Source of the DNA: Lepidodermella squamata | Taxonomy: Eukaryota > Animalia > Gastrotricha | DNA length: 64,000 nt | NCBI GenBank assembly: GCA_047495785.1 | Contig: JBLDXI010000020.1 | Coordinates: 496,001 to 560,000 of the forward strand | Direction: 5' to 3' | Part shown: piece after piece, positions 26,616-38,600 of the stretch | Numbering within the stretch: the stretch's first letter is position 1 | How the letters are laid out: each line of letters begins with the position of its first letter | Made by a program: the position numbers and the translations under genes | The notes under the pieces: model-generated | Databases searched by the model: none | The model's input: the letters and a program-made list of their open reading frames with translations, nothing else | What the model was told of the DNA's origin: nothing

Positions 26616-27711
26616 TATGTCGATCACGATAATACAAATATAAGATATACAATGATCTACCTAAATTGAAAATTGAACACATTTACTCACATGGATAGTC
26701 ATTTATTTATATAACAAAATCTGAAAAGAAACACAACACCAACACAGTTACGCACATTGCCGAGTGCCACGTGTGTTGAAAAAAGTGTCTGAACTTGGGA
26801 AAGTTCAAGAGGTGTGTGAATAAGAAGGCTCTGAAATATCCATAAACAGCGTGGTTAGTATGTACATAAATAGTCGCAATGCTACAACAGGAAGAGATTT
26901 CTGTGTTATTGTTTCAAGAGAATAGCAAATAATAAAGATAAAAAAGATATCTCTCGCACTTGATAGCCAATAATGTAAAATTCACAATTTGTAACAAATC
27001 CAAAGAAAACGCGTCTACTATACCTTGGTTATTATAAATCGAAATGTGTTCCACGGAGTTATTATGCACCACGTTTTTCCAGAAGTCAATGTAGCCTAGC
27101 AGCTTTACATCCTCATAACAAAACGACGACGGACAATATCATCGGTCCACAGCGACGAAAAGCCTCTGATAAATTCAGAAGTTCAAGGAAAGAGAAGAGA
27201 AGCGAAATTAAAGAAAAAACACAGTCAAAGTTGGTCGTTATCAGCAGCACTTGCACAACAATTCGATTCTGTTGAACAGAATTAAAAAAGTTTATATCAA
27301 ACCCACAACCTTCGAAACTCGGAGAAGAAAAACAACGCAAGATTGAGCGCAGACTCTGGCTGGCTGAGATTGCAGCAAATATGCATGAAGATGAGCAATT
27401 GTCTCTTTTGTTAGCATGGCTATTGATTAGTAGAGATTAGTACAAAATGAGCGGCTTGTGTATATATTGCATAAAGAAAAATAAAACGTGAACGGCTCCT
27501 TCGCCTTCCCACATGTAGTCCATCAACGCAAACTTTTAGAACAAACGAAATAAATATATTATACGAGATAATGTGAGATTTTTGATTCTCTGCTGTCGGA
27601 ATAACAACGATTTTCCATCCTTTTGGCAACTCAATTCGCTCAATTGGTTACATTAATTAATCACAACAAAGTTAAAAAACAGTATTATAAGTTATTTCCG
27701 TCAATTTTCAA

Positions 27712-30123
27712 TCAAGCATCTGGAATTCTTTGCAGCCGGCGCTGCAGTTTCTCGATCAATTCAGCACTGCAAGTATCGAGGGTTAAATTAGCAGGTCGGG
27801 GCGGCAAACGCGGCGCCTGAGGCTGGATTTGCTGAGGACGAGCGTATTGCGGCTGGACTTGATTTCGGTTTCGATTCATCGTTTGCGCGATCACGTCGTC
27901 CGAATTAACATACAACTCATCGGTATCTTCTTCGCCGCCGAATAAATTTCCGTTAGGAGGCGGCGGTGGCGGGGGCGGAATGACTCGTGACTGGAGCGTT
28001 GAAGACAACAGTGGAATGTTATTAGCCCCGCCGTTATTTGAAAACGACGAAGACGGGCAACGGGTAGTATCATCTGACTCGAATGACTCTTTCCGCCGGC
28101 TGAGACGAGCTGATAACTCGTTTTGAAAGAACTGCCCCGAACCAGTGGCGTTATCGTCGTCATACGACTGAAGTTGCTGCTGTTGGCGAGATGAATTGTT
28201 ATTATTAGCATTCATCGTTCTGTTATTAGCCGGAACGACATTCGATTGCTGGTAGGCACTGTTCACACTGTACTGTTGCTGGCTATAGCCTTGCCGGGTG
28301 GCGGTCGATTGTGAGAAGTGAATGTGGGTGTTACTGGCTGTGTTTTCAATCATAACTCCGTCATTCAACTCATCACGCCCGTTTTCATCGTCTCCGGTCA
28401 CCGAGTAGTGACAGTCGTCGAGCCCATCGCCGTCGGCGTCGCAATCACAGCAGCCCCGCTGCGCATTGCCACCGTTTGAGTTCACGCTGATGCACGACTT
28501 GTTGTCCAAGAACTGGAACGCATCGTTAACAATGTCCATCGCCGAGTCTTTTCGCGACAAATTCATCATCCCACCACCGCCAACGCCACCTGTGTTATTA
28601 CTGCTGCCGTTGAAACGGCCGTGCTGGGCCGCCGTGGCCGCAACCGCGCTCTTTCCCGGCTTTGCGGTCGCACTCAGCAGCAAGTCCATGTCGTTTGTCC
28701 TCAGGGGCTGAGTTCCGGAGACGCTGACGAAGTAGGCCATGATGTCAGATAAACAACTCAGCGGTTCGTGCTGTGAAAACAGAACACACAGCGCGATATT
28801 ATAACACTGAATATTAATATACACACACACATAAGACGAAACTTCACAAAAGCAAAATATTTACACCGACACTAGCAGTGGTGTTACTTTCTTGAAACGC
28901 GCAACAGTGGTTAAAGCGCACAAACCTCGTAGTCGAACTGAATTTTGTAGCCACGAGCGACTCGCATGACCTGAAAATGGCTGAAACGCGTCGAAGAACC
29001 AGGAAAATTTCGCATTGATATAGTGTAGCTGCCCGAGTCGCGGAAAGTAGTCGATTCGCGCATTAAGACCGAGCCAAATGACTGCCCATATTCGAGAATT
29101 TGCTCAGCTCGATCGCGGTTACACGTCTCGAAAAACCATGGAGGAGAGCCTTCCATATTGAGTTCAGGGTCCTCGTGAAAACGATGTTTCTAAAATATTC
29201 CACCTTAAGATAAATTCATCAGATTTCAAATCAACAAACATTCTCTCTGATCTGAGGGATTGACGGGCGGCCACCAGACCCGCCTGATGAACTGGCCGAA
29301 CTCGCGGCTGAGACTGAATGAACTCCGTTAGTAACCATCACGGTGCCAGGGTTACCGTTCGAATGACCGTGCATAATATGGTGATGGTGATTCGGCGAGT
29401 CGATAAAATCACCGCCATTTGGCATAGGTGGAGGCACTGATCCCGGGGAAGGTCTGTTCGAGGCACAGTTTTGAAGGCGTTCGATTGCCGATGCGATGGC
29501 GTGAAGTTGAGATGGAGTCAACGGAACGTCCTCTGGAATACGCCCCGTCGCTAAACCGATAATATACCCTCGCCAAATATCTCTCTCCGGCCTGGTCTCA
29601 CATCTGGTGACGGTACAAATTATTCAAAAATCGCCAGGGTTCGTAGGTCAACTCTCTTACCGAAACCTGTTATGCATCATTTTGCCGTCTCTGTCGATTG
29701 TGTGCACATCAAATTTGAAACGACCAGGCTTGTCGTCGCCGCGGTTCTTGCAAACAGTGTGATAGTTCAGTAGTAGATACCCAATCAACTGTGCGAAGAA
29801 CAAAGGAATGGTTAAAATAAACAAGATAATTGTTTACAAATGCAACAAGGATGAGGTCATAGGGATGAAAGCACTAAATTACACACCTGGTCGGGTTTTT
29901 GGGTCTGCCGCGACTTGAATGCGAACATGAAATGGCCTCGAATGACGACCCATACTTTGTTCCACGACTAAAACATCAGCAAATTGAGTTAGGACGAGAA
30001 ATTTCAATATTTCCTGTTTAATTTTACCTTTCCTTTCGCGGTTTTGTGTTGCAGCCAGTCCTCATAAAATTTTTCAAGCCGCTGTCGCTCCGGAGAAGAC
30101 GCAGATGACAGAAATCCGTTCAT
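27712..30123 (-). CDS. STAP-family PH-SH2 signalling adaptor with long Gln/Pro-rich tail
   Basis: Exons 30123-30028, 29967-29887, 29788-29661, 29603-29240, 29189-28926, 28770-27712. PH domain (FYEDWL..WNKVWVVIRG..IWRGYIIGLA..IPEDVPLTPSQ, STAP-like) followed by SH2 (PPWFF..RDRAEQIL..GSVLMRES..GSYTIS). Confidence 0.78.
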
Positions 30124-33100
30124 TCTGTCGAGGAAGCGACGAAGTGAGGCAGATTAAGGGCTGAGTGGTTCGCTAAAACTTTGTATTAAACACACAAACG
30201 GCTAGACCCTATAACACAAAAGGTATTTAGATATTAATTGTCGCAGCGAGTAGAAAACAAAGAGCAAAATATGCCAACACAGTGTAAGGAAACACAGTTC
30301 TTATAGCAACACTGTAAATGAGCAAATGAAACAAAATAAGCAGTGTGAATAGAAAAACAGAGTGAAAAGTTGAATTCTAATTTTCCGCGCGTGATATTTG
30401 AAAATAACTAGAACTAAACAGCACACGCAAAGAAATTGCAGATTTGGCTCCAAAGGCACAGCGTATATTTTTGCGCTGCCCGCAGTGTCGTACAGGTATG
30501 TATTCATAGCAATTAAAGACAATGCATGCATACATAATATCGCTTATTACATTGAATGTGCGTGCGTGGAAGGGCGCGCGCGGAGACACATTTGCAAAGA
30601 CATCAGAAATATTTATATCACATATCATACCAGTGCATTGTATGACAACTGCCAAGCACGGCCAGAGTATTTGATGATATAGATAATACCTCTACACACA
30701 GGTAGGCTAGTCCACAAGAGAGCACTGTCGCTCCCAAGATGCAAGAAAATGAACTGTATCTTGTAAGTAAGCACGAAACAGGTCTAGCGTGGCCATGCTC
30801 TCCCGTTTACGTACGTGGGCGTGGTACGCTATCTGAATAGGAATACATGTTAATACTTTGTGCACACTCCATACAGGGAAGCAGGATGAAGGAGGTAAGC
30901 AATGAGACTAGTATATGGCTGTTGAACGCAATTGACGTTGGTAGTCCGCGACGCTTCGGACAGTTGGCAAACAGACTACAAGAGTCTCGCGCAATTGATG
31001 TGCGACGCACAGAAGTGAGCCGAGAATGGGAGAACATTTATCATCGAGAAAAGCTAAGCACAGATAGCTGGATGTGAAGGATGATCACAGTCTTGAAAAG
31101 AACCCACGCTACTCCCAAATACGTGAATACATATTTATATTCTGGGCATCTCCTCAGTACAGATCTGCAAAATAAGACACGGAAGAAGCAAAAGAGCCAG
31201 AGTAAGTCAGAGCAGTGCAAATTGAGCGCACCATTTATTACTCAATAACAGGTAAATAAATATAAGTATAGGTATATTAAAAATTAACTGTTGATCACAT
31301 ATCCAAACTCCTAACAATTAGCAAACCCGGGTGCAAACATTCATGACATCAATTAAAGATATTTATATCACGAATAACGAATACTTACTATCAAACCGCA
31401 GATAGCAAATTATCATGTAATAATCGCTTCACTATTTCCACTCTGATACAAGTACAAGCTTCACAGAAAAGCTCGATGATTATGATCAAGGTAAATTAAA
31501 AGTAACGAAGATGAGCGAACTCGAGGCCGACACATCTTATACCATGACCCATGACCGGCTGCCCAAAATCAGAAAAAATATGAAGAACATAGCTTTTGAA
31601 AGATGAAACACTGTCCCGAATAAATAGCCTTTAAACAGGAATTCATTTAGACTGCCTCTATCCATGATCAAATTATTTCTAAACAACTATTTTCCGAACA
31701 TTACTTCTCCGAATTTCGAACATCTCACAATCACTAATAAGATAACATGCCTCTTCGTAATAGGGAATAATTAATAAGAGAGCACTGAGCAAGAGGGGAC
31801 TGAAGCTTCTCAAAGCAAATACTAAACATTACTAGTAACCAACAAACTGGTAGAGCATGTATAGGCAACATTTTACATCTGATACTAAAACCGAAAACTC
31901 CCGAAGAAGTTCATAGAATCTTCAAGAGTAAAGCGAGAATTTATGTCCAAGATACCTATCAGATAGTATCAGATACCATTGCAGGGGCATGATAAAGGCA
32001 ACATGCACACTTGAAATGCCAACCTACAACCTGTAACTAAAGTCAGATTCATGATTCATCTGCAACCGCCAACTGCAACCGGCCACACTGCAAATTACGA
32101 ACCAAGAGCAAGTGATATATCAGTCGGTCAAGTTACTATTAGTTGTTGGTCATGTGCAACTTTAACGAAATGCAGGAGATTCTTAGGCTCTAATGCTACC
32201 GGACGAAGTTAAGCTAGGAGCAAGGATCCAGGTTAAGCCATAAGAAACACATATTCTATATTACTCAAAATTACTATATAATAATATCAAATATAAGCTC
32301 TTCCGTGATTCTTATCCTGCACGTTTATCCACGACTCCTACTAGATATCAAATATCAAATAGAACAGAGCGCACCCAACGCCAAGCTCTCCCTTTCGCAA
32401 GGGTGGAATGGGCGATTCGAGACACCAATCGTGCAGCGCATGGATCAGGAGGCTGGGAGAACAGCCACTCAGGTTTACACGTGGCATGGAGTTCCAAGGG
32501 TGCCAAGGGTCAGGGGTCAGGCGCCAGGCGACTTGGCGGAAACGTGGCGGTAGGGTGGCTAAACGACGAACCGCGCCGAACACGGCCGAAAAAAGCCGCA
32601 ACTTCCGCCGGCAACGCAAAATGCGTCACTTTCACCGCTTGCATTATATTATCATAAAAATAGTATTAAAAACAAATAAAAGATAATAAAGAAATATGTT
32701 AAATAATAAGGTCCCACCCATTGATCGCAGGCGATTAGCCAGTTCTTGGGTTTTGGGCTTGTTCTGGTTCCTCGTTCCAGCCTCCTTATCCTCAAGACGC
32801 GCCGTGATTACACGTTATCCTGAATTTCTAAATTTCTGGTTCGATTACGATGGATGAATCTGCAAGGCAAGCGTCCATCCCACCTGCCTACAACCGTGTG
32901 GATGTGCAGGGTGCTCCCGCTAACTAAGCCGCTGAGTCAGCAGCAAGGCCAAAACAAACGAGGGACCACCACCGGCAAGTGCGGCAAGCCTTCTTGCAAG
33001 CTCATCAAAGGCATACACTCGTCCCAACCAAGGCTAGTATCAAGTGGTGGAACCAGCTTATAGGAGACAGCTACCATAAACGGTTGCTCGCGGCAAGAAT

Positions 33101-33521
33101 AAGAAGATCAGAGAATTGGGGCTCCAATAAATAATGTCGCGATGGGAAATAGATTCTCTAGTTCCATTCTCGTGCGTGGAGGAGTAACAAGACCTCGTAA
33201 ACCGAGTTCTTCTTGAGGACATATTATTTGGAATGAAACATTAACCAAGAAAAAAGACGTCATATTGTATATTGAGTGAGAAAACGAGCAGTGTTGATCG
33301 AATAATGGAAGGTTACGGCTGATATTATTGCGGGATACAGCAGGTGACAGGTGACATCGGTGACTTCATCATCGCTCGGTACACACGACAAACGGCTAAG
33401 TAATTTTTTTGATGTTAAACTTTGCCTGGAGAAGCAAGGGATAAAGATTCGTTGAGTCTCAAGCGCTGTGCTCAAACAGAGAGAAATGGCATTACTTTAC
33501 TTATTTTACCATTTAATTTCG

Positions 33522-35318
33522 TTACAGATCTGAAAGCTCAGAATGTATTTTGTTGGCCGCCAATGGCTTAATAGCTCTGGCGTCCTTCTTTTTGTAAAGA
33601 GCGTCTTGCTCCACCTGCGACGCCGAAGCTGCCCTTTTCGATGCTTCTTTAAAAATGACGTCTTTGACAACAACATTTGAATTGTCTCCAGATAACGCGA
33701 ATTGCAAGGAGAAGGCGGCTGTTTCGTCTGAATCAGATCCATCCGGTTTTTTAAGCAGATACTGCCACGTTCTCACTAGTGATAAAAACTCTTGCAATGA
33801 CATCTTGGCAGGTAGCGAGTAGTGACGTATTACCTTGGTCTGAAGACGATGATTCTCGCAAATTGGCTGTTCCTCGTAGTAACAAGTCGCTATCAACTTT
33901 GAATTTGATTGTAACATAGCTTGTGGCTTCATCACCGCCTTCACTTTCATCGCTTTCCTTAGATTTATCTTTTGCCATGCAGGATATCGCGATGATGCGA
34001 TAAATGTCAAGAGCAACTATTATTCCATTTTTAGTAGCAAAGAATAGGTTTCCAAACTGCGAATCGGAGGAGAGAATAAGCTTTTATATGGGAAGCATCA
34101 AATTTCATACGGTAACTATTCGTAGACCGAAAAACAAATACAATCGCAATACGAAGAACAAAGCATCCATGCTGTTAATTTTACATCGAATGAAAAAACA
34201 ATGCGATATATTCTTCACCAATTACCTTATCATAGTGGCAACGATTACCCAGAGCTCAGATTCAAAACAGCAGCAGCAAACGTACTTTATTTTATGCTTT
34301 GCCTGAGCAACTATGTCCGGGTTTGCAGCTGGGTCATTCCATTGAACCTTTTCCTCCCTGGTAGCCGTGTAATTGAAAGTGAATTGAAAGTGGCTGCGAA
34401 GAAAAGATTCATATAAACAGCATATTGTATCTCTAACACATATTCTACCTGATAGTGTAAGCCGTCAGCACCACGTAAACTATATATGTGCTATATTACA
34501 GAAAATAATTGCTGAAAATGAGAAGACACGAAATATGCTGGAAAATAAGTCCACCTTTGCTTCACCAATTCATCTCGCAAATTATCCATGAGATCAAGTA
34601 TATCTGCGAATATTTTAGTTGATTGGAGGGGTATTGATTATCGCTGCTCAACTTACCTGATGCAATTCCAATGAAGCCGAGTAAAATTTGCGATAACTGG
34701 TCATGGCTTATACTTCCCCTTGGAGAGAGCCATTTAACGACTATTATTACAAGAAATGAGATTTGCTCGAGAATGCGAGCCCAACTCGGTGGGGTGAAGT
34801 ACAGGGGCAACCATAAAGAACCGAGCTTCGATAATGACTCCACCTCCCAGTCGCTGAATGAAGAATTGCTGAGTCGCTTCTGAATGTCGAGCTCTACAAC
34901 CCATACATTTGGAATATTGCAAACGCAGAAAATCGCGATCGAAGGCCACCACCATTTGTACTCGTGACCTTTGTTAACCACCAGAGCCACTATTAGCTCC
35001 GGAATGAACAAAATGATACCCCAACAAGGAAGCCAGGTCATACTGTGAGAGGGCGTAGTGTTAATGAACATTTAGAAACGCGCAATTTTCATTACAAAAA
35101 TGAGGAGCGAGTGGATCCGTCGGGGTTCGTAGCGCCAGGCAATTCGGCAGCGTTGCCGCTGGTTACCGTGGCTGCGCGCCAAGAGGTTAAGATTACACAT
35201 GCTCCCAACAATAATCGTGCGATAATGCCTTTGATTACAGCGCAACAGGAAACCTGCGGTGAATTGAAAACAAACAGTCAGTGGAAGATTCAGTATACCT
35301 ATAAACCTTTTTCGGCAT
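33522..35318 (-). CDS. TMEM26: Transmembrane protein 26 family member
   Basis: Exons 35318-35307, 35253-35096, 35042-34657, 34603-34555, 34490-34449, 34393-34226, 34171-34111, 34056-33834, 33775-33522. Motifs GHEYKWWWPSI, PNVWVVELD, KWLSPRGSISHDQLSQILLGFIGIASDILD, DALFFVLRL, FFATKN..DIYR. Confidence 0.88.
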
Positions 35319-35645
35319 CTTGGTGACTATTTGCAGCTAAGGTTCAACTACTGAGATGGCAATATTGCCTGCTAGCAATATGAATAGCAAGGTTCGCTTT
35401 ATATAAACTCTCTTTCTGATTAATTATTGATGTCACCAACAGTTTTAGACGAACCAATATTTCGATAAAAACATCGCTCCAACACCTTTGAATGAATCAT
35501 CCTCGTCTCCGGTGAATAATAAAGTAACACAGTTTTTTTATTAAACATGATCATATTCCAGTTGGTAACAGGTGTAAATAGAAAATAAAATAAACTTGAC
35601 AAATTTCGTATCACAGTTGTATACAGGTCTAGTTGGTCAAAATAT

Positions 35646-38600
35646 TCACGCTTTGCCAGATGGACTCGCAGTCACAAAAGCTCGGATCGACACGGGAATC
35701 TTCATTGAGACATCCGCTTTAGTTGCTATGATCATTGTGCAACTAACAGACGTGGAAATCTGCAAAGCAAAAATAACAGTTATAATGAAGTAACAATAAA
35801 TAGACAAGTCAGAAGTTTAAGAAGAAATAATCAGAATCAATGCATTTTCCCGAAGAAATAGCTCGCGGAATCGCAAGTTCGTCAAAGGGTGTCAGCAGAT
35901 GATGTGCTTCTTCAGAGGATTGTGCTTCCGAAGAGGATAGTTGGAATCTTTAGTTTGCAATATATTCAATTTATAGGATAGAGAAAGCGGAAACGATATC
36001 ATATAATGGATGCGGGTAGTTGAAAAAATGTCTTGAAAGAGGTCAGCGTTGGATATATTATAGAACAATTTCCAATTAGGGTTTATTATAAATAACGGGA
36101 AATTATCAGGGCTGAACTGAATTCTAGAAAAGTGGAAACAATCGCCATAGGAATGTACCTGGGCAAACAGACGGCGCTGAAAATCGAAAAAAATTAGGAG
36201 TTTCCCAGTTATGCCACATACTCAAAACCGCAGTTTTTCCCCTCAAATCATAAGTACCTAAGCAGGAAAAATACGCAAACATACCTTCTGATCAGCAGAT
36301 GGACGCCACGATACTTGAATGGTAGCTTCAGCGCCCATTTCTACCAAGCCCTGGCAAATTTGTAACCCATAACATCAGAAGAATCCAAGAAAAAGTGGAT
36401 AAATACATACCTTAGCTGGCTCAACGCTGATTCCAAGCTGTTTCAGCTGATTGAGGTTATCGATCAAGAACTCGGCATTCTACAATTTAAAAATAAAGGG
36501 GTGGATGTTAAGAGAAACAGCAAGTAATTTCACAATTTATATTTAACTGCATGCAACCGACTTGATAAAATAATAAAGAGTGATTACAATTCGCAGTGAT
36601 CCCGATTTACGACATTTTCACACTGCTTTTTTGTTATACAAGTTCAGACTCCGCTAGCTCCAGGTAACGCTCGTGAGGCTTATTTGTCCGCTTTCTCCCC
36701 GATTGACGTCTCAATTCTGCGATTTCCTCGGCCTTGAATTCCATCAATTTTTATAAAATTTACTCACTTATGGTAGTTAAGCCCTAATTGGTTTAATTAG
36801 CAAAATAATAATACCTTTCTAGCTGCAAGGAGAATAGAACGAGCGCAACCAATACGAATTGTCCGCTCGACAACTTGTTCGGAGGCGGAAAGCGGAAGCA
36901 GCAACAAGAGTGGCGGATGTTGATTGCCAGCTGCAGCGGCCGCCCCACCACCACCGGCATTTTCCTTCTTCTCGTCACCACTGCCGTCAGCCAGCTCTTG
37001 CTCCTGCTGCAAGGCAGCCGCGGCTAGCGAAGCGAGCGACATTGTTTCAGGCTCAAGTTGTTCGCCGCCGTACGCGTAAACAAGGCGCCTGCTCGATCGG
37101 CCAATCACTTTGAACGAGTAATTAGTAGCCGGCTTTTGGAACAGGAAAAAACACGCTTTTTCGGCAAAAGTGCCCGATCGATCTGGTGCGAAGTTGACGG
37201 TCAGTTGGCGCTTTTCTCCGGCGTGCAAAATTCCATTCTGAGGAACAATGTCGAAAACTGTTCTGCCGGATAGGTTAGCAACAGGATTGCCGCTGGGCGT
37301 AGCATGTGGATCCATCTCAATTCGGTATTCGACCGCAACAGAAGATTTGTTCTCCATCTTAAAATAACACCGCAATATTTGGGATGTATTGAATCGTAAA
37401 AATTGATATTTACCGTGAATGAACGGTCGGTATATTCACCAGCCAGCACACATCCAAGATCAAAGACTCGATCAACACCGAGTCCGGTGAATTCCAGGGC
37501 TGGTTTCACCCCTCTGCCACGCATGGTCATCGTCAAACAAGACAGCCCGCAATCTATTCGAATGTTCTCTTGATACTGCAGAGTGAAACAGTCAAAAATA
37601 AGTTGAATTCTAGTAGTTCTTAAATAAAATTACAAGTCGCTCTTCTTTCGGCTCGAATGCGAATATCGCCGTGATGATATTGCCTGGTTCCATTGCGGCC
37701 AACGCGTTTCGAAGCTCGAAAGGACCTGTTGGATCGAGAGCCGACGTTCTTACATCAAGTGTTTCATTCGAAACATTTTGAACAGAAACATGAGACCTCT
37801 CGATTTGCCCAACTGCGATCTATAATGCAAACATTTCACGTTTGGTCTATATATTTCGAATAAAACGTACCTCGCCGAAATCTTTGACATAGGAACCGAA
37901 GTCAGAAAGTAGTAGCATATGAGGTCGCACGGAGGGGCAATGCACAAGTAGATAGAGGGTGTTCTCGGTACTGAATAAAGAAAAATTAATTGATTGACGC
38001 AAGGTTTAGAGAGTTAAATACTTGAATTCCAGTTGATGTGTTGCAGATGCCTCGCCATAAGCTACGTAGCAGGGAATGACGTAGCTTTTCAAGTCCGGCT
38101 GAAATTAATCAGAAATAAAAACGGGAAGAGTTAGCGAATTATTCACTCACCTGATAAGACAGCAAAAGGTTTGTTTTGGCTTGGAAATAGACAGGCGAAG
38201 ATGGATCTACTTGTTCGGGCGTGACCTGCTTGACAGCAACCGCTTTCTTATCTCTTCCATGCCCAGCTTTTTGAGCAGCGGCGCCCGGTTTTTTTGGCCC
38301 CTAATATAGCCGAGGTAACGATTTAAGGAATGCCGAAAATAGACATATAGAATTACCTCCTCCACCTCGTTGCCCTGTTGGGACTGCTGATTTGCATGTA
38401 GTTGAGCAGTTGCAATTACAGCAGCTCGTTCTCTTATTTCAGCATCGGCAATAGTCGGCGCGAATCGCACTCGAATCGTCTCTTTATGGCCGGGTTTCAC
38501 AGTTCCGACACACGGAGAAACACTGATGGGGACATTTGGCGGCACGACAAAGTGAAATGACGTAGGGCCAACAGGTGAGACTTCGCCGGTACCAATGCGA

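Noticed and set aside
32442-32460. CCCAGCCTCCT resembling the HDV ribozyme P3/L3 segment
   Set aside because: The complementary GCTGG strand needed to close P3 does not follow.
36768-36783. Possible extra CFAP74 mini-exon with a GTGAGT donor
   Set aside because: 16 nt (frameshifting) and would need a 31-nt upstream intron.
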